Positions 28,840-41,013 of a stretch of DNA of 64,000 nucleotides are shown in pieces. The first letter of the stretch is position 1. Each line of letters opens with the position of its first letter. The notes beneath the pieces are model-generated. The model was not told the DNA's origin and ran no database searches. It saw only the letters and a program-made list of their open reading frames with translations. This DNA comes from the human T2T-CHM13v2.0 reference genome, Homo sapiens, in assembly GCF_009914755.1 (NCBI RefSeq), contig NC_060937.1; one strand, given 5' to 3'. The position numbers were made by a program, and so were the translations under genes.

Positions 28840-29045
28840 ACAATAAGAATGATTGAGTACTTATATGTACCTGGCACTGAGGCAAGTGTTGTATATGGAA
28901 TAACTTATTTAGTTCTCACAACAATTCTATGAGGCAGGTACCTTTGCTATTTCTATTTTAGAGCAGATTAAGAGTCTGAGGCTTAAGCCATTAAATAAGT
29001 TGTTCATAGCTACCAAGTGGTGAGTCTGAGATTTGAACCAAAGAC
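28840..29045 (-). mobile_element. MIR SINE
   Basis: attgagtacttatatgtacctggcactg...ttctcacaacaattctatgaggcaggtac...gagatttgaacc. Confidence 0.8.
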
Positions 29046-31825
29046 AATTGTATTAAAGTAACAAACATCATCCATCCATCCTTTCCTTCCTCCCCTCTTT
29101 CCTTCTCCTTTTTTTCTTTATTAATGTGGATAACTTATAAAGAGGCATAGGGAATAAGAATGTTTGACTACATTGGTATGGAGTTATGGAGAGTTAATTT
29201 GCCACAACATACTTAATTTTTATAAAATAACATTCTGCTTAAGGTAATAATATTAATGTTCTGTTATCACATGCATTGGTTATTTAGTGAACAGTAGTGG
29301 CTGACTAATTTAAGTTGTTCAATTTTACTCTGCATGTAGTAGAGAAATACTTTATCTTATTACATAAGTTACTCAATATAATCAAATTTAGCAATTTTAT
29401 CTTCTAGGATATTTGGTACTAGATTATAAAAATTATTCCTACTCAAAATTTCATGGTATATTACAGACCTTTTTTTCCCCCAAACTTTCAACTGTGAGAA
29501 ACTTCAGAGGCACATTTCCTCAAAAAAGGAGCAATGGGTCTTCAAATGTATACACATTGATATTTCCTATTGCGAGTCATTTACATTGACATGTTTTTGC
29601 TATTGCGTCGTGCTCTTAAAATGTCAAATGCATTTATCGTAGTTAGCAATGACTGGAAAAACTTTCCTCTGAATATTTTCCTGAGGAAAGGAGAGGTTTT
29701 TTCTGCCTCGTTTGAGCTCAGTGGCCAGCAGTTTCCTGGGTCTCTAGCTGTGCTGCAGGCCTCTCAGGGCCCTGGCCTGGTGGAGTTGCAGATGGTCTGC
29801 TTTTCAGAGCTCTTGCTGGGGTCTCTGTCTTAGAGGTGCGCAGGAGGCACATTTGACTCGGAAGGCTGATCCTAGGATGGAGGATGCTTGCTGCCATTTC
29901 AGAACTCTGTGACTGCCCAACATGCTCCTAAAACAGAATCCACCCTCTTGAGATCTTTTAGATTGAGCGTATTTGGGAGTTGGCTAGAACCCCCGCCCTT
30001 CAAAGCTGTTTCTCTAAACTAAAAAGAGCGTTTTAATTTATATCCGCACCTCTGTCCTGGTTTGTTGCAATTTATCTTTTTTTTCTCCCCCCACTGCAGG
30101 ATATTGTAGAATATTTACTTGATGATTTTTACGCAGTAGTTAGCTTTACTTAATAATACCTTAGAGGTTTAGTAATTTCTGGCTTTAAAAGCCTATTCAC
30201 CTACCCTGTTTTGTTTTATCTGCTCCGTAAGTTAGAAGAAGAAATTTGTCAGATGAGAAATGACAGCCTCGAAAAAGTTCAGGGACTCATGAAATGATGT
30301 AACTAGTTGGCAAAGGAATCAGAACATCAGAGTTCGTGACTATTGGTCCACGCCTCTTGAGACTAGACCATGCTGTTCATATAAAACATTCCCAAAATAG
30401 CACTTTCTGTAAAGTCCTCTCTTAAATTAATTTGAGTTTCTGAGACTTTGCCATATTGTTAACCCTTGGCTTTTGCTAAAATAATATTGAACCCTGCAAT
30501 TCATTTTGACTTTTGGGGCACAGTGATTCCAGCAGTTGCTAAAAGTATGCTGGGCCATAAAGGCGATGTCTTAATGATTTAAGACAAGAATCTTTTATTC
30601 CTAAAATAACTCTGCTCACTAATGTGATCAGGGAGCTCAATTTCAGTTTGACAGAGGTTTCAAAATAGAACTTCATGAGGGAAAACTGCAATTAGATATT
30701 CATGGGTAATATTCTTAAGTTTGTGAAGTAGAATGTTAATGAAGAGGAGTATTGATTTTATTTTAGTTTAATTATACTACATTTGATGTTGTATCTGCTG
30801 CAGATTAAAAATAACTATATTGTCGTTACTTTGCCTTTTCTTCTTGTTCAGTACCTGTTATGAACAAAGGCATAGCATTCTTTGCAATTGGCAGCAGACA
30901 TAGCATCAAATGTAATATACCTGTTGTGAATAAGCAAATAAAATCCTTAACAAAATTCCTTGTACTAATACTTAGTTGCAAAATGATGTCCTGGTCTCAC
31001 CTTCTTATTTCTGAAGCCTCTCTTCTGAACTAAAGACCTCTGTGAGATTAGGAATCAAGTGAAATAAAATATCAGAAAAATAGCCTAGTCACTCACATCT
31101 AAACTGTTAGCTTCCTTTTCAAAGTCTTCTGCAATTTCTTTCTTTGTCCAAGTATTTGGAGATTAAGGATTTCCATTTTGTGGAGGACAGCTATTGTCAG
31201 TAGCCTCCTCCTGGGTGAATTAAAGAAGTGATAGAAATTGTTTGAGAGCTGATTCTAGATGGCAGTAGAAACTAACATGGGACATGGCCCTGTTGTTTTT
31301 CTGTTACCAAATGTTGTGGATAATAACAATCATTTTCATAACCTCCATTTTCTTGGAAAAATGACTGAATTGAAAATATAAGCTTGGAAATTACAGAGTG
31401 CTATGTTAAAGCTTTTTTTTGGCGGGGGGGAAGTCTCGTATAAAAGTTGATTTTTCTTCTCCTTTACTGTTATCTAAGAGGTATACCTTCATGTTTGGTA
31501 AGAGAGGCTGAACTGAATTGAAACGTTGATTTCCACTAGGGTCCCACACCTGGAGAGACTTAGATGCTCGAGGTGGAAGAAAGTTTGGGATGATCTTCAT
31601 TTTGTTCAGTGTGCCTTAGGGGAAATTGCTGTGGGCACCTGGAGATGTTTTTCAACTCTTCTTTCCAGTACTTAAGAGTTATAAATTATCCCCCACCCCC
31701 TTCTAATTATAACCCTATCATAAAACATCTACTCTTTCCCTTTCAATTTGAGGCCCAGATAGATGTTGTTGTGGGTTCCATTACTCTGTCCATGACCACA
31801 TCATAAAAAATATCTCCTTCTAAAG

Positions 31826-32520
<695 letters not shown>

Positions 32521-32599
32521 TTTTTTTAAGTCTTCTTTTGTCATGCTATCTGTTGTACTTGGAATTTTTTCCTCGCTAACTCAATTATCTCACCTTTTC

Positions 32600-33180
32600 T
32601 AATTATTACTTACAAAACATTCAGCTACTCGAATGTAAAATTTGCATCCTTTTCTCTTTTCCCACACATCCAATCCATCCCTGCGTCTTGGTGACTTTAC
32701 CCCCAGAATGTATCTCTACTCCATCCATTGCTCTCAGTCTCTACCACAGTGGCCCTAGGCCATGCGCTTTCCCCTGCGGCAATGACCTGCCTGTTCTTCA
32801 ATCATGTCCTTTCTAGCTTTTCTCCTGGTTCTCTTTCTGCTTGAAATGTTCTTCCTCCATATTGCACTAGACAGGCCCCCTCATCTTTCAGGACTTCCTG
32901 TAAAAGTCCTGTCTCAAATATGGCCTCTCTTGCCCTCTGTTTTAACATGTCCTTCCTCCCTGCCCCCACCCCAGCCTCAGTTATTTTCAATCTCAACCCC
33001 CATTTATATTCTATAGCACACTTACCATATTATGTCCTTTTCTTGTTTGATTGATTATTGATTTTCTTCTCTAGGGGAATACAAATTCCACGAGGGTAAG
33101 GATCTCATCATCTTCCCTGCTATCCCGCCAGGGCCCTGGCACAAGGTAGTGAACATGGTAGATATTCAGTGAATTGACTG
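32600..33180 (+). mobile_element. L2 fragments
   Basis: cccacacatccaatccatc; acaaattccacgagggtaaggatct...cctggcacaaggtag. Confidence 0.6.
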
Positions 33181-34194
33181 AAAATATATATCTATTTAAC
33201 TTTTCTCATTTTCACAATTTACAAATAATTTCTCTAAGAGTCTTAGACATACTACAGAATTCATCATGACATTGTAAAAACACAGATCTGAAGAAATTGT
33301 GTATTTGTAGTTTGTTCCAAAGGTATTTAAAATATATGATCTTAATAACTCATAATAAAAATGAGAAATTGTGCTGTAAAAGAAGCAATCTAGAGTCAGC
33401 CATTTACCAATTTGGATGTTACAGAATACTAAGTTTGTCCATCACATAGCTGTATTGAGTTTTTCTGTGAAATTGAGGTAATAACACTTGTCCCATCTAC
33501 TTTGGAGTAGTTATAAAGACTTTGTTTTTCTCCTTATTGTTTGTAGAGTGCTTTAACATTTATAAGATGCTTTCTTATTTATGCCTCATAGCGACCAAGT
33601 GAAGTAGGTATGACTATCTGCCCTTTAAAGAAGAGAAACTTCATTTCCAACATCTAATGAGTGGCAGGGTGAGGCCCCAGCCAAGGCCCATTGGCTGCAC
33701 ACTTGTTATTCTGTCTTGTGCACAATGCTGCCTCCTCACTGTGCCACAGCTGAGGGCAGAGACCATTTCAAACATTCTGAAGTGCTATGAAAACACACAC
33801 TCTTATCATTGTGGTTTTTGATCAAGACGAGTTTATACCTATATAAGTTTACTGCATTTTCTCCTGTTATTAATTGTCTAAATGCTTGGCTGATATACCA
33901 AAACACACAAACATATACATTCCACATCATGTTTTTCAGTGGCAATGGTTCAATTCCAAAATTTTATATTTTACTTGAATTTAGAGAGAGAGAAAATAAA
34001 GGTACTTGAAATACTTCAACGTTCGGAATTTCACTCTGTGTTTGCTTGCCTTAGGTGGTCATGCGTTTGGTAATGGGAGACCATTTACCATAGGATATTT
34101 GCGATGGGAAACGTTTATTCGCATGTACAGAACCTATCTGCTCCTCCCAAATTGTGCTGAGGTGCTAAAAAAAGTGGAGTAGGTCTAAATAAAG

Positions 34195-34346
34195 TTATAT
34201 ACTGTATGTTTATGTGTATGCATGGATCTGAGTGTATGTATGTATGTGTGGATATAAACTATATATATGCATGCATATGTATGTAAATACATTTATATGC
34301 ATATATGTGTATATGCGTGTATATGTACATTATAAACATATATATA
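34195..34346 (+). repeat. (TA)/(TG) low-complexity tract
   Basis: tgtatgtatgtatgtgtggatataaactatatatatgcatgcatatgtatg... Confidence 0.85.
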
Positions 34347-35544
34347 ATTTTTTTTCCCTGAAAATGAGCAAGCTGGCTATTTTTCTTAAGGCATCACCAT
34401 TCGTATATGCATGAAAACAGACGAGGTTTTGCAAAGTGTTTTCCTTTTGTGAAAAATGAAAGAAGAAAGGAGAGATGGCTCAGAGCACAAAGAATACATG
34501 CTCCCTCATCTACAGTTCAGCCTGAGAAAGGTGGAGCTCTTGGGATTTCATTAGCATTTGCCTTACCAGGTCTCCTCTACTGGCAGAAATTCTGGAAGAG
34601 ACTGCATATGATTGAATCTTTCTTTAATCTGCCACTGGTATCCTTTCTCCTGCTGAGACTTATGACACAAGTTTAAACTCTGACTTTACATTATTATGCA
34701 CTCAGTGTTTGTTCTGTGGATGGGTCTTGAAAGTTTGATGTGATTCAAAGTAATGTGTGGATGCCTTTCCACTAAGGAGACCTTTGTGTGTGGGTGTAAA
34801 ACACCCCAGGACTTAAAGCCTCATCTAAAGATATTTGAAAATCCAAGTAAATTGTGTACATCAGGGTCACCATTTTCTATTATTTTTGACTCTGTGGGCA
34901 ATTGTATAGAATGCTTCTCAGAGGGAGCCTATGACATTTTTCCCCTGAATGTTCCTTCACATATCCGTTTCTAATCAGACTCTCTGATGGATAAGTCTCT
35001 TTTGCTGTTCTTAGCTCTGTGTGTGAGTACTCATAACTCTCAGCATGGGTTTTTCACCTTTATTCACAATGGCCTGATGGAGCATTTATTTTATTGTCCT
35101 TCAGGTGCCACCAGTGATGATGCTAGCCTCAAGGGCAGATGTGATTGAAGAGGCCACTGTATGATTAACAGTTTCTGCAGTGTAATTTGCTATGAAAACT
35201 GTTTCTTGGTTTATGGCTCAGGACTCTCTTAGCTGTGATCAGACCTGATTTACTGGGGGCCCAGGCTTTCATTTTCACAATCTGTCCAGTACTGTTGCCA
35301 CAACTGAGGCACCAAACACATGTCCTCTACTTTGGTACTGGCAGGGCTGCTTCTCAGCATTTTGCAGGTAAAAAGAACACTCTTTGAGTCTGGGCTTTAG
35401 TGTGCCTTTGTAAAACTTTTGGTACTTGTCTGCATTCTGTTCACTTTGCAGCAACTTTTGTGATACCATATATCTGTCCCACATCTGGTTAAGAATACCT
35501 TTACAGCTGAGAATACCACTTCCAAGCTGATCAAATAATTAACA

Positions 35545-35770
35545 ACAGATAGCTGCCATTTACTGAGGACTTGCTAGGTGCCATGCGTCCTGCCTATGCT
35601 ATTGCATTTATTTTGTTGCCAGGAAGGTAAGGCATTATTCTCATTTTACAGATGAGGATATTGAGACTTAGAATATGAAGCAGTTTGCCCCAGGTTTCCC
35701 AGTTAGTCAGTGGCAGAGCCAGTTTAGAGCCCAGGGCTCTATGACTCCAAAGCCTGTATTTTACTTGATG
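35545..35770 (-). mobile_element. MIR SINE
   Basis: attattctcattttacagatgaggatattgagacttaga...agtcagtggcagagccag...ctctatgactccaaagcc. Confidence 0.85.
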
Positions 35771-35799
35771 TGACTGCAGTGCCCCGTGGCTTCATATTA

Positions 35800-36230
35800 G
35801 GTTATAGAATAGGTTCTGGCACTTGAATATTGGCTGTAGACTGCTGGTAAAGTGTGACTCAGTGACTCTATGGCCAATTTTCAAGACTCTAAATGTATTA
35901 TTTATGGCAGATCCTAAACATCCTGACATGTCATGGACTCGACACGAGGAACCACCCTTTGATTGGCCAGCCAATGCCGTGTTGGTGTTCCATTCTACCT
36001 GCCCTCCTGCTGACTTGGCTAGCAACTTCTTTATCTGGCCAGCAGCTGTCCGAGAACTTGCTACCCAAGTGGTAGAATTCAGTGATAACTTCCTTCTCTC
36101 CATTGACAATGAATGCCTTTAAATGAATCTCCTTAAGAGGAGATTGGTGTCTATGTTGGTCCTCTTCTGGCACTTGTCAAATGTTAGCCATTCAAGTTCT
36201 AATCATGTCATTTGTAGAGTGGTGCTGGTT
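35800..36230 (-). mobile_element. Ancient RTE-clade LINE fragment (MamRTE1/L4-like), C-terminal RT region
   Basis: Minus-strand translation IVNGEKEVITEFYHLGSKFSDSCWPDKEVASQVSRRAGR..HQHGIGWPIK resembles the RTE/BovB motif I.VNG..LEVV..F.YLGS..S.....D.EV..RI..A...FGRL...VW...GI....K. Confidence 0.65.
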
Positions 36231-36523
36231 ATATGCATAATTACCTAGGGTATACTGGTATACAAAACAGACATATGTTTATTTTCTGGTGTGTTCCTCT
36301 TCCCCCTATAGCACCAGGTCATGGGAGTGTTGTTTCTGGCCCACATCCCTGGGGTGTCACTTAAATACTATCACAAGTGAGGTTTACTGTAAAGTACTGT
36401 GTTTCATTTAACAAACATGAGAGAACTTGACATAGTATGATATGTAGGTGTATTGGCTATAGTTTAGTAAGTATGATGTTTATAGTGATTTTTAGATAAA
36501 GTTGAATATTAGTCTTAATTTTA

Positions 36524-36742
<219 letters not shown>

Positions 36743-36957
36743 TTAATCTTTTTGAGTCATTTTCCCCATCAGTAAAACAGAGATAATATATATGCTTCCT
36801 CACTTAGACATTTATTGTTAATGGAGGGGAATATATAGAAAGTGCCTTGGATGGTGCTTGGCATGTGAGTCCTCAAAATGGCATTTCTCTTTTCTTATAA
36901 ACTGGGAATCATTGCAGAGTAATTTTTAACCCATTTTCTTTGAATTTTGTTTGTCAT

Positions 36958-36995
36958 TATAGTTATTAATGTGTAATATAGTTATTAATGTGTAA
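36958..36995 (+). repeat. Perfect 19-bp tandem duplication
   Basis: tatagttattaatgtgtaa x2. Confidence 0.9.
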
Positions 36996-37814
36996 TTGTT
37001 ATTATTATCAGATGATTGCATTGGGGATATTTATTGTCCATAATTAGAAGAGTTGGCTGAAAGATGTGAATATGAGTATCTAGGTTAATTGTATGCTGGT
37101 ATACAAGCTTTTTCCCAATATACTATTTCGTATTTAATTTTTGACAGAAATATTAAGAACAATATTGTCACATCATAGAAAATATGTAGCTATGGCTAGC
37201 ACGAATATGGTATTAAATCCAGGTATTTATACTGTTTTATTTGGGGGAATTATTTTAATTAAGCAAGAATGGAAAATACATTTCAGTTCATTTTTCTTCA
37301 TCTATAATTTTCTATAAATAAAATTTCATGACTTGATTAAATCTATAGGAATTATAAGACTAAAATAAATGAAAATTGATTATTTTTATTATTATTTTAA
37401 TTTTAATGCTCTTTTTATTTATAGTTTTATTGAGTTTTCTTTCAGAGAAGCTTGTGAACTGTAGTCTTAAAAACTTAAAACAGAGTTCGTGAGTGGGGGC
37501 CGAATACAGGATGGGGAAATAAGTCATGGGGGTTGTAACAGAGTCAACAATAGCAGATTCAAATTAAATTACATTTAATAATGAATCTAAGTTCCTGTGT
37601 TATCCAACCATTAATTTTCAGTTGGACACTTGTCACTAGGTAAGGTAAAAATGACATTCTCTTGGCTGGGACTTCCCTCTAGCATGGATCTAGGATGTAG
37701 GGCTATCTCTCGACAGAGTTATTTGACATGGAATTTGTCTGTGAGGTCCTCATCTTGAGGTATGCACTTTCGTCTTACCATTCCAGAAGCATTTAGTGTC
37801 TTCTGGGGGTCCAA

Positions 37815-38183
37815 GAATCAGTCAACATTTGCTGCAGTAATAACTGTCAAATCCCAGTGGCTTACACCAGAGAAAAATTGCTTCTTGCTCATGTTACTTG
37901 TGGCTGTGGATTGGCTGTGGCTTTTGCCCAGGCTGCGGGATGACTGTGGGTCAGACATTTCTGGAACCTAGACTGAAAGGAGCCACTCCTGTCTGGGACC
38001 TCTCATTGCAGTGGGCGTGAACCCAAGAGACTAAATCAACTACATGATCAGATTTAAAGCTGGTGCATCATGTTTGCTCACAGGGCTTTGGTTGAAACCA
38101 ATCACACGGCCAATTCCACAGGGTGGAGGTAGGGCAGGGACAGGAGAGTAGATATTTGTGAGCGGTAGTGCAGCCCACCCCAC
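37815..38183 (-). mobile_element. Old MLT1 (MLT1I/J/K-like) LTR
   Basis: tgctgcagtaataac...aaatcccagtggcttacacc...ttcttgctcatg; ggaacctagactgaaaggagc. Confidence 0.65.
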
Positions 38184-38394
38184 ATTGACTCAGATCTTCT
38201 GAATCCACCTACATGTTAGGGAAGAAATAAGATGGTAAAAATTCATAATATATTATAAATTCCCTCACCTGGCATTTATTGAACCATGTAGTAGGCTGTA
38301 AATGTTAAAAAGATAAATGGCCCACAGTTGATGTCCAATGGAAGCTTATATAGTGTTTGATAGGATCATATGTATTTGCAAGTGACTACGACAT

Positions 38395-39990
38395 ATCCAT
38401 CCATTCATTTGTTAATTTGTACAATAAATACTTAGAAGTGTTTACTGTGTTGTAGGTACTGTTCTAGGTGCCAGCTCCTTTGCGTTCTTATTGGGTCTCT
38501 GCCTGGGCATTCTCCTTCAGTCCCTTGGCTTCAGTTACCATCTGTATGGTGGTGACTGAACCCATTCTCGGGCACAGACTCTGTCCTGAGCTGCGTATTA
38601 ACTATCTTCTACATGGATACATGTACTTTTATTGGTTTATACCTCTCTAGTACCTCATATTGAAATCAAACTCCTTGCACCTCCCCAAACTACTCTCCCA
38701 ATGAGGTCCCCACTTGCTCATGCAATCAGTTATTCATTCATTCATTCATTCATTCATGGCATTCAACAAATATTTACTGACTCCTTACCCTATGCTAGGT
38801 GCTGCTCAAGGTGTTGGAGATAAAGCAATGAACAAAACAAGCTTCTTGCTTTCCTAAAGCTTACATTTTGAAGGTTGGGAGACAGCACTAAGCAGGTACC
38901 AAATAATAAAGGAACTAAATACAGATAGTGAGTGAGAATACTGGGAAATAAAAATAAAATAACAGATAGGATAGTTAGGGCAGGCCTCGTGAGGAGAGGT
39001 GGCATTTCAGTATGGACCTGAATGGAAAGGAGAAACCAGGAATGTGAAGACCTGGAGAAACTCTACTTCAGGTACAGGGAGCATCTGGTGAAAATGCCAG
39101 AAGGTGGGGCATGCTTGAAGAGGGCCAGTGGGGCTGAGTGACACAAGGCTAGATGGGATTGGAGAGGTGGCCAGGACCCAGACATGATAGGCTATGAAGG
39201 CCGCAATCAATGTGGTTCAAGTGTGATGAGAAGCTGTTCGTGTGGCTCCATCATCAAGCCAGAAGCCTGGTCATCATTCTTGGTTCCTGTTTCTTCGCCA
39301 TTCTTATGTCTAATTAATCTGTGACTTTCTGTTTCCAAAAACTTCTCAGTTTTACCCACCTCTCTACATTATCACTGCTACTTCCTCAGTCCATGCCATC
39401 ACCATTCATGGCAGCTTCTGACTGTTTTTTCTGCCTCTAGACTTGCCTGCTTCCAACCTGGTCTCTACCTCACTGCCAGAATGACCTTTCTAAAATGCAA
39501 CTTTGATCAAGTCCATTCCAGCGTAAAGACATTCAGTGCTTCCAATTCCCTTGTGCTCCAACCTCTCTCATCTTTGCTGCATATACACACAAGAACACAG
39601 TCCTACTGTGCTACAGTCCTTGTAGTTCTTTGAATGTATCACAGTCTCTCTCACTTTTATGACTAGGAGTGCTTAATTTTTGTGCATTCTGTTTCTTCTC
39701 CATTCCTGCACCTGGATAACTTCAATTACTCCTTCAAGGCCTAGACACAAGTAGTGTTTTTCTTCCCTAGCAACCCAGTCTGAGTTAATTGCCTCTCTTA
39801 TGTGCACTTACTGCCTCTCGTGTTGTTCCTTCCTATTTTAACATCACTCCATATTTTACTTATCTGTCTTTCCCATCACGGTGTGAGCTGTTTGTCTTAT
39901 TTACTCTCCTATCTGAAAGGCCTGAAACGGTGCCCTAGTACTAGTGGATGTTTAAAAATTTTTGTCAATCAAATGAATATATACATGTAA
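38395..39990. mobile_element. Nested L2 cluster: + strand L2 (about 38470-38730 and 39240-39980) split by a - strand L2a (about 38730-39240)
   Basis: (ttca)n L2 tail then caacaaatatttactga...ctatgctaggtgctgctc at 38732; + strand ctgccagaatgacctttctaaaatgcaa. Confidence 0.7.
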
Positions 39991-40505
39991 TTCAAATGGC
40001 CAAAGATGTGAAGAAAGAGGATCTTTTTCTCTATGAGTCAACCAGTGCTTTGTAAATAAAATATGCTGTATAAAAGCTAGCTGAATTAAGTAAAGTGGCA
40101 GGATATAATATAAGCTGTTTCTTGAAACCTAAGTAGAGTCAGGCATATGGAAAGAAAAAGAGCATTCTTTCGAGTCAGAGAGCATAGGCAGCTTAGTGCA
40201 GTGGAGAGAACATTGAGCCACACAACCCCAGAGTTTGACTCTTGTTACTCACTGCAAGACTTTGGCCAAGTAATTTACCCAGTGCATACTCAGGAGCCAG
40301 AGACCTGGGTTCAAATCTGACCCTGGCATTTACTAATTATGGTCTTGGGCAAATTACTAATCCTTGCAGGATTGCTGTAAGGATTAAAGGAGATAACAAA
40401 AGTGCTTAGAAAAGTGACTGGCAAATATTATTACTATTATTAGTGGTACTCAAATTCAGATATGAATATTTTCAAGATATATGTTGACCAAATATGATAA
40501 TTTTT

Positions 40506-41013
40506 TTCTATTATACTTATTTTACTTTATTTTAGATTCAATGGGTACATGTGCATGTTTGTTACATGGATATATTTCATGCTGGTGGGGATGGACTTCT
40601 AGTGTACCCATTACTGAAATAGTGAACATTGTATCCAATAGACGCTTTTTCAACCTTTGTGCCCCTGCCACCCTCCCCGCTTTTGGGGTCCCCTGTGTCT
40701 ATTATTTCCATCTTTGTGTCCATGTGTACCCATTGTTTAGCTCCCCCTTTTAAGTGAGAACTTGTGTTATTTGGTTTTCTGTTTTTCACTCTTTTTTTTA
40801 TGGCTGTGTATATTCCATGGGATGGATATATATATATATATATCACATTTTCTTTATCCAGTCAACCACTAATAGACATTTAGGTTGGTTCCAGGTTGGT
40901 TCCATGACTTGGCTGTTGTGAACAGTGCTGCGATGAATATATGTGTACTAGTGTCTTTTTCATATAAAGGTTTATTCTACTTTGGGTAGATACTCAATAA
41001 TGGGATTATTGGA
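40506..41013 (-). mobile_element. L1PB-like 3' end with TSD
   Basis: gggtacatgtgcatgtttgttacatgg...tccatgtgtacccattgtttagctccc; TSD ccaaatatgataattttt / tcaaatatgaaaattttt. Confidence 0.9.
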
